Origin: Neodothiora populina
Taxonomy: Eukaryota
Assembly (NCBI RefSeq): GCF_041146345.1
Contig: NW_027191407.1
Coordinates: 496,001-560,000, forward strand
DNA: 64,000 nt
Reading direction: 5' to 3'
Within the stretch, counting starts at the first letter, position 1; every line of letters starts with the position of its first letter. A program made the position numbers and the translations under genes. The notes under the pieces are model-generated. The model ran no database searches. It had not been told where the DNA came from and was given only the letters and a program-made list of their open reading frames with translations. Positions 38,037 to 49,485 of this stretch are shown here, piece after piece.

Positions 38037-38273
38037 ATCTCGTCTCCTGCAACCCCCTTTTTCCCTGTCTTCCCTTTCTTTTTTTTATTCCCTTGCTTCG
38101 AGCTTGCGGTACCTGTACCTCACAGTAGCTGCCCGCTTCTTCTTGTTCTCCGCAAACGTGACACGGTAACCCCCTTTCTCACATTGATTCTTTTTTCTAT
38201 CGTCTGATGTTGGTTTCGTCTTTTCCTTCTTGATTACAACACACATCTCTTCTATTGCCCGCCAACAGCAGCA

Positions 38274-40674
38274 ATGTCGAGCCCGACGCAGAGCGTCAAG
38301 CAGCGAGGCACAGCTGGAGCAAGCAAGAAGCAGCGCGCGGCCACTCCCAACACAGATGCAATTGTAGACAAGAGCGCCGACGTCTTGTCGCAACTGCAAC
38401 AGGAGAGCAAAGCAGCTGCAGCTTCCAGTGAATGGGACTACAAGCTCGCCTTGGTCGTCATCACCCTGCTCGCCTTTGCCACTCGCTTCTACGGCATCAC
38501 GCATCCCAACCAGGTCGTCTTCGATGAGGTGCACTTTGGCAAGTTCGCTTCCTACTACCTCCAACGCACCTACTTCTTCGACGTGCATCCTCCCTTTGGC
38601 AAGCTTCTCTTCGCCTTTGCAGGATGGCTCGTGGGCTACGACGGCGCATTCCTCTTCGACAACATCGGTGACTCGTACATTGCCAACAAGGTGCCGTATG
38701 TTGCCTACCGCTCGATGCCTGCGATGATGGGCGCTCTCACCGTCACCACCGTCTTCTGCATCATGTGGGAGTCTGGCTACTCCCTGCCAGCTTGCATCCT
38801 GGCGGCAGGGCTCGTGCTCTTCGACAACGCGCACATCGGCCAGACGCGCCTCATCCTCCTCGACGCCACTCTCGTTCTGTTCATGGCGCTGTCGGTGTGG
38901 AGCTACATCCGCTTCTACCAGCTCCGTCACGCCCCCTTCGGCCGCAAGTGGTGGAAGTGGCTGCTGATGACGGGCGTGTGTCTCAGCTGCGTCATCTCCA
39001 CCAAGTACGTCGGAGCCTTCACCTTCTTCTCCATCGGCGTGCCCGTCGCCATCGACCTCTGGGATCTGCTCGACGTCAAGAGGAGACAGGGCGCCCTCAG
39101 CCTGTCCGAGTTCGGCAAGCACCTGGGCGCTCGTGTCATCGGCCTCATCGTCGTGCCTTTCATGCTCTACCTGTTCTGGTTCCAGGTGCACTTCTCCATC
39201 CTGTCCCGCTCGGGTCCCGGCGACGACTTCATGAGCCCCGAATTCCAAGAGACGCTCAGCGACAACATCATGACGTCTCAGGCGGTCAGCATCGACTACT
39301 TCGACAGCATCAACATCAAGCACAAGGACACGCGCGTCTACCTCCACAGCCACGTCGACCGCTATCCCCTCCGCTACGACGACGGCCGCATCTCGAGCCA
39401 GGGCCAGCAGGTCACCGGCTACCCGCACAACGACACCAACAACCTGTGGCAGATCATGCCTGCCAAGGAGATTCCTCAAGAGCCGGGACACAGAGTCAAG
39501 AACATGGATGTCGTCAGGCTGCGCCACATGGTCACGGACGCCTGGCTGCTGACCCACGACGTCGCCTCGCCCTACTACCCGACCAACCAGGAATTCACCG
39601 CCGTCGACTCCGAGGCGGCCAACGGCGAGCGCTACAACGACACCCTCTTCGAGATCAGAATCGAGAACGGCAAGACGGGCCAGGAGTTCAAGAGCATGTC
39701 TTCACACTTCAAGCTGGTCCACGTGCCCACAAAGGTCGCCATGTGGACCCACACCACTCCCCTGCCCGACTGGGCCTACAAGCAGGCCGAGATCAACGGC
39801 AACAAGAACATTCTGCAGAGCAGCAACCTGTGGTTCGTCGAGGACATGCCCTCGGTCCCCGCGGGCAGCGAGCGTCTGCAGAAGGAGTTGCGCAAGGTCA
39901 AGACGATGCCCTTCCTCAAGAAATACTTTGAGCTGCAGCGCGCCATGTTCTACCACAACAACGCCTTGACCTCGAGCCATCCTTATGCCAGTGTTCCCAT
40001 CCAGTGGCCCTTCTTGCTTCGCGGCGTGAGCTTCTGGACGGAGAACGACACGCGCCAGCAGATTTACTTCCTCGGAAACCCTCTGGGCTGGTGGCTTTGC
40101 AGCAGTCTGTTGGCTGTCTTTGCCGGAATCATTGGCGCCGACCAGTTGTCCCAGCGCCGCGGCGTCGACGCTCTCGACCGACGTGAGTTTTTGTTCATCA
40201 CACTCAATGTGCAGCACCCACTGACTTTTCTTTGTTCCAGGCACTCGATCCCGCCTCTACAACAGCACCGGTTTCTTCTTCCTGACCTGGGCCGCCCATT
40301 ACGTGCCCTTCTTCATCATGGGTCGCCAGCTCTTCCTGCACCACTACCTGCCCGCACATCTCGCCTCGGCCCTCGTCACCGGCGCCCTGGTGGAATTTGT
40401 CTTCAACATCGAACCCGCCGGCGTCGACGACATCAGCCAGGGAAGCGGCAGCACCACAAAGAAGGAGAACAAGAAAGACCGCTCCAAGCCCGTGAGGGAG
40501 AGACTCGGCACTCAGAGTCTGCTCGGCACGTGGGCTGCCACGCTCGCCATTCTCGCTGTCATCATCGGCAGCTTTTTGTTCTTTGCTCCTCTGACCTACG
40601 GCAGTCCTGGTCTCACCGTCGAGCAGGTCAATGCCAGGAAGTGGCTCAACTACGACCTCCATTTCGCCAAGTAG
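38274..40674 (+). CDS. PMT4: Dolichyl-phosphate-mannose:protein O-mannosyltransferase, PMT4 subfamily; intron 40183-40240
   Basis: VVFDEVHFGKFASYYL..YFFDVHPPFGKL, TRLILLD, MIR domains (YLHSH, SSQGQQVTGY, LLTHDVASP), HPYAS.P..WP, MGRQLFLHHYLPA. The intron restores the frame (DRRTRSRLY). Confidence 0.95.
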
Positions 40675-41250
40675 ACTGGTTGAGAAAAGGACGAGGAGAG
40701 CATGTAAGAAACCCGTGAATGCATAGACGGCTTCTGATGCATCATCTCATTTAAGAAAGATACCTCGAGAGAAATAGATGTGTTGTATGTCACCTTTCCT
40801 AGAATTTCAAATCAATATGAAACGGCAAAAAGCAGTTTATTTATTTTAGTTGTCTATCATGTCCATCCTTTGAGTTGAGAACAGCGAGATTGAATCATCT
40901 ACTGACCACCTCGCATTATCTCACCTTGCTGTTCTGCAGTCAACCCGCCCCGGAAAGGAGAGGTAAAACAAGCCAGGTATGAGTTCTGGCAGTCTCTGTG
41001 TGAGAGGAGAGAGCGCAATTGAAATCTTTGCATCTGAGAAGAAAGAGCTCGACCCGTGTATCATATGTAGGCCTACGTCTACGGAAGGTTTATGCCCATG
41101 TAGGTGTAAAAGGTTGATGAACGCCGTGCCTTGTATCTGCTGAAGCAAGCCTCTTTATACGTTGAAGCCACTGGATCTCCGACTCTATCCATAGAAGAGC
41201 TACAGATAATTATGCCCACATCCTTGCCAGGTCGGTTCGAAGGTTGGAAC

Positions 41251-44200
41251 TCATACAGTGCCAGAAGACACGTCGGAAACCACCTTCACGATCGTCTTGA
41301 CATCAATTACGATGATGACATCGAGGCCTGCTTTGGCGAGACGCTTTGATATCTTCACGTCAGCCCATTCTGCACATAAAAAGAAGAAGAAAGTCATGCA
41401 CAACACACCTTGGCATTATCAGCATCATCGTTGAGACCACCCCACGAGCCACATCTCATGCCCTCTTGCTGGCAATACCGCACCAGTCTCGGCGAAGCAA
41501 GTAGCGGATCTGCTCGCTGAATCGTTCCTGCTAGGTTCCAGGCTCGAGCAAAATGTACAGCCTCCTGCACGCTGCGGGCACGAATGTCTCCGGCATCGAT
41601 GTTTCCTGACTCGGTAAGGAAGTAGACTGGATATCTGTCTTGCTTCAGTTGCAAGCAGACGCAGACTTCGGGGCTGAAGGAGGAGAAAACAATGGGTCGG
41701 CTTTCGGCTAGGTCGAATATGGTTCTCAGAATGGTGTCGACCAGGAGGTTCACCTCGATTGCGTAGGTATCTAGGAACCATTCTTCTGTTGCCTCGGTGA
41801 GCATGGGATATTCTGCATTTCAAGTCAGTAACATCTATACCAATGATCAGAAAGTGTGCTTACTGATCTCGATATCTGTGTCTATCGTTTTCGGGGTTTC
41901 TGTGAGCAGTTGACTCAAAGTCATGAAAGACTGTCGAACAGAAGTCCCAAGGGTGTTGCCTTTGATGCCCCTGAGCTTGAACTCAAACGTGTCCTCCATT
42001 CGCTGGCGCAGGTCACCCGCTCTGGTATCTTGAACTGAGCCCAGGGATTGTGCCCGAATTTTTCGGGTGACGCGGTTCCCGTTCGCTCTGTTACTATAAG
42101 GTTCCGCAGACCGTGTTCGATGCTCCGGTGATTGTAAAGCATTGAGGTGCATGAATTGGGCATAGGTAAGCGTATTCATAGGGGCATCCAGTCCTGTCTC
42201 ACATACAGTGAAATCGTGATACAGTACAGACACAAGATCTTTTGTCAGTTGTACATCGGTCTCTATGCCAGACGCACCAAAATTGATCGCAGCCTCAAAT
42301 GATTGAATGGTGTTTTCCCCTAGTTGTAACTTTCCTCGAGAGGTCATGTTCTCTCCAACACCTCTATGCCCGACCACAAGTGTTGATGCTGAATCTTGCC
42401 ATGCTACTTTGGACGGAATAGTCTTAGTGCCAGCGTGTAAAAATGGATTGACAACCAAAAAACTAATGGTGACTGTGCCTGCAAGTTTCATGCCCTCAGC
42501 GCTAAGCAATGAGATGGTATGGTATCTCACAAGACTTTCACGCTCTTGCCCGAGGCAACTTCGTAATTCTGCTAGCACAACAGCTCCACTGGCGACGAGG
42601 ACCTCCGAAGCCCCTTCGATGCTGCTTGCACGATATATGTTGAAAGACAGCCCAGCTTCGTCCGGATTATCGATTGGGAATATGCATGGAGTATTGACCT
42701 TGCTTCCTAGTATTGGTAACTGGTAGCTGTAGCTTTCTCCTGCATCAGAGAGTGTGCAAATTTCGAGACGATAGTTCGAAAGGGACGCTGGCATGTCAAA
42801 CTGCGAGCAGAGTGGCAAGTCCAACGCGACCGCCCGGATTTCTGTGTCGATGCCTAGTGTGCCTAAATTGACGATAATAATGCTTTTGCTCAAAGGGGAC
42901 TTGCTTCTGTGGTGTGTTCTACAATTGTGAACTTCAGGCTTCGAACCATCCAGTAGAGGTTGGGTATTTTCATCTCTCGGAGTATTGATTTTTGCAACGG
43001 CATCAGCACTGCTGCACATCTGAGACCTAGTCGCGTCCAGGATCAAGATCCTAGTCACGTCCAGATGACCACGCAGGGCAGCATGGTCTATACCGTTCCA
43101 GCCAAGATAATCACACAGATTAGGATCTGCCCCGACTCCTAGCAGTCGTTCCACTATGGCTAGTTGTCCGTTAATGCAGGCCAAAATCAGTGGTGTCCGT
43201 CCATGGAGGACCTCCCGTGCATCAATATCCAAGCTGTAGTGAGGCCCTGTTCAGAGGAGAAGGTCAACACAGCTGGCCAAGCCTAGGCCGGCCGCAATGT
43301 GCAGTGGAGTCTCTGAAAGTTTACCAATGAAAGCCGTGCCGACACCACGGGTTATCAGTATATGGCATATGTCGACCTGATTCAATCTCATGGCAATCTC
43401 AAGGATGTTGTTCGACTCTAGCTCATTCCGTTCCCTGTTGTGGACCGCATCTGCAACACCCATATCATGGGAGTAGTCTAGCAATGTCTCAACGACATCT
43501 ACATGTCCACCGACTACTGCGAGGTGCAACGGCGTAAATTGTTCTGCATCTTCGAGCAATACAGTCTCGTGAACTGCCATATCATTTGTCGCGAGCTCTA
43601 AAATCCAACATTGCATGTACTCGAGGAGTGCTCGACAAACGTCTGCTAACCCATAGACTGCAGCATAGTGGAGTGGTATTCGACCCTCGATGTCCCTCTC
43701 AAGAAGAAGATATCTTCCGTAAGACTGTAGCCTCATCAGAACATGGTTGATGAATCGGAATTTGTCCTTGCTATCATCGAGATCCTCAGCCGAGCTTCTG
43801 GAGTGGCGTTCATTTCGCAGGCTTACGGCATTCTGTCTACCAATGTCAACAATGATGTCATGAAGGTATCGATGTTTAGCAGAGAAGAGAAGATCTTGAG
43901 CAAGACATAGTTTCTGGTATATCAGGTGCGCACATGCCGCCGCTTTCTTCGAGGTAGCGAATTGCAAGAGGCGAGAGTACGCCGCGATCGTCTCCTTGTC
44001 CATCTCATCGACTTCAACGATTCCACTTGTGATCAATGTCTCTAGGTCTGACGAGTTGTCTGTCACGATGCACGAGTACACTCTTTCCGGTGAGCTGAGC
44101 GAAGGCATTATTTCAAACGCACAGCAGACGTCGAGTGATTGGAAAGTTGTCGGGCGTTCCAATTTGGAGTCGGGTTGCAGAAGGTCAATTGCGTTGTTGA

Positions 44201-44773
44201 TGCGCTCGAGATTCTGTAGAGCTTGAGACCTACGCAAGAACCTGGGGCTGGTCCATTCTGGTTTTGAAACACCTTCACATTGTATATTATGGGCGACCAA
44301 TCTTTGGATTTTCTCGTTCACAGAAAGGAAGCCCCGCTGGTTCACGCCGAGGTACAAATCGAGTTCCTGGCAAGTGTGTCGCAATTCGATCAATGCTTCA
44401 AGAATAACTGTCCGCTCGTCGATGTCGAGTTGAGCAATTGATGGAAAGGTAGCCGGTGGAATCGTGAATCGATTGCAGATCTCGTCGGTCCGCCGCTGTA
44501 GCCAGATGCATTTCTTGTCGTAGAAGTCATCAATCATAATAGCATCACGTTGAAGGTCGGCATAAACTTCTAGCTCACAGAGTAAGCTTCACGGGTACCT
44601 GATTGCCTCACTAGTGACTGATCGGATAATTTTAGTTCGACGTTAGTGGCCTTGACTCCCTCATCGGTCGCGCGATGTACACATTTTATGGCAACCTTGA
44701 ATCGATTGTAGTCCATGTACCAAGGCGACCATTGCGGAATATCATATCGACTGAAGTGGCTGCTCAGCTTCAT
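41251..44773 (-). pseudogene. Gde1-like SPX-ankyrin-glycerophosphodiester phosphodiesterase with an in-frame TGA at 43251-43253
   Basis: SPX-like start MKLSSHF...IPQWSPWYMDYNRFK. Ankyrin repeats (GRIPLHYAA, FTPLHLAV, ETPLHIAA, RTPLILAC). GDPD motifs VVGHRG, ENTIQSF, ETDVQLTKD...YHDF, IEIKYPM, IVFSSF. ORFs 43251-44537 and 41847-43232 are in the same frame, separated by one TGA. Introns 41813-41863 and 41344-41408. The exon1/exon2 junction is unresolved. Confidence 0.8.
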
Positions 44774-45548
44774 GATGATCGTACAACACGTACAATCGAA
44801 GAGTCAGGCGGCGGCTGCGCTGATCGGGGTCAAGACGAGCGTCAGGAAGTAGTTGATAGTCCGGCCTTGAAAGAACTGGAGACCAGTTGCTCCTCAAACG
44901 CGACTCAAATAGTCCGATGATGATAGACCTACTGCAGGGTCTTGAGGCAAATATATCTCCCTCTTCCCAAAGAGAAGGAACGGCTCTAGTCGGTGTGTGT
45001 GGCATCATTCAGATAAGGCACTTGCAATCTAGCTACCTGCCAGCTTGTGACTGCATGAGAAATGCCATACCAGGTATTATTCCGATTAGGGCAAGAGGTC
45101 ATCAATATGGAACCAGATACTTGTTGATGGCCCTGAGTCTTTACCAAAAGAAGGTTGTACCACCCAATATAGCACAAGCCGATTTACAAGTTGTCTCCGC
45201 GACCTCAAAGACCCGTAAGGATTGTACGTACGCAGCTCCGTACACTTGCAGCAAGCATAGTGCTCAAATGAAGGGTCGTTGTCGATACTGTAGGATGCGA
45301 ATTTCTGATTGGCACGCGATACGCTTTTCTTATCCTGCTATGATCCACTTATCATATCATATTGATTAACTCACGGATAACTATGTCCCATGTCAGGCTG
45401 ACAGCCTCACATGACACGATCGTTAATTGTTGTACTGATTACTCCTAGTTGGCACCCTTAGCACCTTAGAGAGCGTACATGTTTCCGTGGCCATCTGCTG
45501 TCAGGTTAGTGCGGTATATGCTTCACTTGTGCCACAACTAAGGTTGCG

Positions 45549-47434
45549 ATGGATCCACTTAGTATTACGGCATCAGTGATCGCTCTCGGTACATTTGCTG
45601 GACAAACATGCGCCGCTTTCGCTAGACTACGAACCACTTGTATAGCCCTGCCGAGAAGGCTACATGCCCTGAACGACGAGGTTGCCGACTTTGAAGTTGT
45701 GCTGTACCAGATCGCCGAGGTCGTAGAGCGTGCCGGCCCTTCGGCTCCCCCATTTGAGCAAGCTCACCTTCTCGAAATCTTAGACCGAGCAAATTTCAAA
45801 CTCCACCAGCTAAGGAGCTTGATTGACGACCTGACACTTGCTTGTGAGCACGCCAAAATACCTCTGTTAAAAGCACACGTGTGGCGAAGGGAACAGGCGC
45901 GCTTGCAAGATCTCCAGAAGGACATCAATGCGTGCAAGTGCAGCCTCAATCTTATGCTTGGAGCCTCTAGCTCGTAAGTACCTATAGTACCTAGTGAAGA
46001 TGCTCGAAACCCAGGACATACTGGCTCGATGATAGATGACTGATACATCTCAGTAAGGACTTATCACGCGTTCGGCTGGATATTCAAGCCATAACCGCCG
46101 TGACCTTGGGCTCTGCCAGGGCACAAGACCTCATGCGAGACGACATTGTTAACAATCTCATGGCACACCAGGATCGAATGCAGGATACCATTCTTCAAAC
46201 CCAGAGGCAGGTCGACAAGCCCATCAATAACATCGAGCAGCTACTGAACGCCTAATCGGCCGGGATGATGAGAACGATGTCTTTGCGGCAGGGTCTGATG
46301 CCAGCATACTCCAGGCCCCTGGCGTATAGAAGAAGACGCGCATCGCAGGAGGTTGTCAACACCACCAGATCCCAATCGCCAGAGACCGAAGGCGTCGCTA
46401 TTCGCCTTTCCCAGTACAGTCACTCTTGCCGAGCTAGCTGTCCGTGTGTTTGCCACTCGACACGCAAGACATCCAGTCCCGGTTTAATCGACCGTGTGCT
46501 TGGTCAACTCTTCGTGGGGTATGCCGGACTGCCTCTGGTGAGCCTGAAGTGTGATTCGGATGTTTGCGACAAACCACAGGCACCTCATGTCTCTGTCGAG
46601 TATTGGTTTCCCATGGGCTTCTGCTGGTCTCAAATCATCCGCCTCCACTTTGGCTATTCGCCAAACCTCGGACCTCAGATGCAATTACGCACACTTCGGA
46701 GAGTACCCGACTCCGCACAGTGCATTCAATTTGCTCTCAGCGGAAACATCGCTGGACTGAAACATCTATTTGGGCGTGGTGCGGCATCACCGCAAGATGT
46801 CAGCACCACACGCGGCTATCTTGTGCTAAGGTGGGCCATATACGGAAAGCAGTGGAAGACGTGCAAGTTTCTCATGACCGCAGGTGCAGACCCTGACTAC
46901 AGACCCATAGCAGCCTCGGACAATTCTCCCAGGAATAAGGCTCATGATTTTGTACTTCAACGCGCGTTGCCCAAGCAAGCTGTGGACCTCCTTCGTTGCC
47001 TAACGGAAGATAGCGAATGGATAGAGGAGCAAGACTTCACCACACTCCACAAGATCGTCTTGCAACTGTCGCCATTGGACCTCCATGAACAGATCCTCCT
47101 GAATCCTAGCGACATTAATGCCACAGATGCACTGGGACGTACACCACTTACGTGGGCGGCAGCACGCGGGGACGACAATGCTGTAGCTGTGCTTCTCAGC
47201 TTCGACGCCGACCCCAACATCTTAGATGTCCAGCTCACCGGACCTGTCTCCTACGCAGCAGAGCGAGATCGCGTCGTGTGCGTCCGCCTTCTCCTTGAGG
47301 CCGGTGCAGCGCCCGATCCTGCTACGCCCCATAACAATATCGTAGGTAGCGGACTGAATTGCGCCGCCCGCAACGCCACAAATCCTCTACATGTTTACGG
47401 TTGGCGGTGCCTGCAGGGTGTCTATGAAGTGTGA
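45549..47434 (+). pseudogene. Fungal N-terminal helical (HeLo-like/SesA-type) domain plus Cys-rich linker plus ankyrin repeats; in-frame TAA at 46253-46255 and apparent 3' truncation; intron 45974-46033
   Basis: MDPLSITASVIAL...LHALNDEVADF N-terminus typical of fungal HeLo-like/SesA proteins. After the intron the frame runs ...IEQLLNA*SAGMMR into ORF 46265-47434, with CRASCPCVCH and ankyrin repeats (LGRTPLTWAAARGD, VRLLLEAGAAPD). The last repeat breaks off at about 47390. Confidence 0.75.
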
Positions 47435-48205
47435 GCCCACAGAGTCGAGATTGGTATGACCACTCCTTTCGGATAACTCCATTTTGGACACCTTTCATCT
47501 TTCGACAGTAGCACCATGCGATATGTGGATTGAGTAGCATCCTATCATGGTTCGGTTTCGGAGCGTGTGAATGTAGATGTCTACCTCGGAATCTGTACAT
47601 TGACAATGAAGGCACAGTAGCACAAAGTGCTCATTGGGTCTGGGTAGACTGTGTGCCTGTATCAATACGATATCTGCATCACGCGGCTGTCGGGGTTCCT
47701 TATATCTCTAGACATATGGGTCAAGACCGTTGAATTACCATACCCGCATCAAGAGCATACTAGCAGCCCCATATGTGGGAAATCGTGGTTTGTTCGCCTC
47801 GACTGAATGAAGAGACAGATCGAATTTTCAGAAGCGAAGTCCCGTCGTGAGAGCTTTCATGTGGCAGAGGTACAGAACGCAACAAGTCACTGCTACGCAA
47901 GGTGCCTTATTTAAACTGAGGTATCTGAAGTTATAAGGTGCGACAACCTTCTGGTGGGTCGGAGGTGCATGCATGAATGTGTAATGCACAAGCTTCAACG
48001 GAGGAAATGAGGTTGGTAAGGTACGTAGGGCACTCGCACCCCGCGGACTCCGCTGTTTCACTATTCGCCAACAATACTAGGACAGATATATAATGATAGG
48101 TCCACGGCACGATTGTATAAAGTATATATACGGACCCAATATAAATCTCGCAAAGTTTTAGGTCGGTTTTTCATCTGCTTCTAAGCCATTCTTGTATTTG
48201 AAACA

Positions 48206-49407
48206 ATGGTCGCTACTATTACCGCACCTGCTGTCCGGAACGAAATCAACGCATCTCAGAGCGAGGCGAGGCGTTATCTCTCAGCTCGTCTGTCCACTAA
48301 ACACGATGGTCCGACTCAACCTTTCAACGTGCCAGTGATCGACATCTCGAGATCGTTCTCTGGCTCTCTTGCCGAAAAACGGGCTATAGCTGATCAAATT
48401 CGTGATGCTTGCATGAACAGCGGCTTTTTTCAGATTACCGGTCATGGAGTGCCCGAGACTGCTCGTCGGGCTGTTCTGACGCAAGCAGATCGTTTCTTCA
48501 AGGACCTCTCGCCAGCGCAAAAGGAGTCTATGCATGTGAAACATAGCAAGTACATGCGCGGCTGGGAGCCATCCGACTACACATATGTGAACCCAGACGA
48601 CTGGGACGAAGCGTCTGTCCCCGAAAGCAAGCAGGGCTTCAACTGGGGTTACGAAGAAGGACTCGATCCTACAGGTGGTGATGGCCTGTACACCGAACTC
48701 GACGGCGGCAAAGAAAACGGCAATGTGTGGCCTAGCGAAGACGACCTACCTGGGTTTTATGCCGGCATCAAGGACTATTATTCACATGTCCTCCAACTCG
48801 GCCGTCACCTCTTCAAGCTCTTTGCCTTGAGCCTCGGGCTCAAAGAAACATATTTCGATGATATGATGACACATCCGGGTGGTATTGCTCGATTACTCTA
48901 TTACCCTCCTTCGGAAGATCCTAAGCCTCTGGATCCGAACGAAGCAGACAAGGAGGTTGGATTAGGTGCCCACAGTGATTATGAATGTTTCACGATTCTT
49001 TTATCGTCTACCGAATCCGGTCTTGAGATCTTGACTCCTGACAATGTGTGGTATCCTGCCTCCGTTGTCCCAGGTGGTTTCGTTATCAACGTCGCTGATT
49101 TCTTGATGCGCTGGACGAATGACGCCTACAAGTCTACCGTGCATAGAGTTGTCAACAGAACGACAGCAGAGAGATACTCTGTGCCTTTGTTCTTCTCCGT
49201 CAACTACGAGACGCAGGTCGAGGTGAGTCAGGAGCAAGCCAGTGGGCGCGGCTATATCTCTGATTAAAAGTTACTGACTATTATGTATAGACACTCCCAA
49301 GCTGCATCTCGGAGGATAATCCTGCAAAGTACACGCCTATCAAAGCTGGTGAATATGTACTCGACAGACTGCACGCTACAACCAAGGATGGCGAAAACAA
49401 AGCTTGA
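48206..49407 (+). CDS. 2-oxoglutarate/Fe(II)-dependent dioxygenase (DIOX_N plus 2OG-FeII_Oxy, IPNS-like); intron 49223-49290
   Basis: VPVIDIS, ACMNSGFFQITGHGV, LLYYP, GAHSD (HxD), STVHRVV, RYSVPLF (RxS). Exon 2 reads TLPSC...AGEYV. Confidence 0.93.
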
Positions 49408-49485
49408 TTTCGATCTTAGACCGAGACATGACATATTTTATATAGAGGTCATTAGCAAAAGACCGCAATGTACCTTGTGGACTGA

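Noticed and set aside
38085..39557. 490-aa ORF antisense to PMT4 (and the 388-aa alternative-frame ORF 38765-39931)
   Set aside because: Codon-bias shadow frames of a GC3-rich gene.
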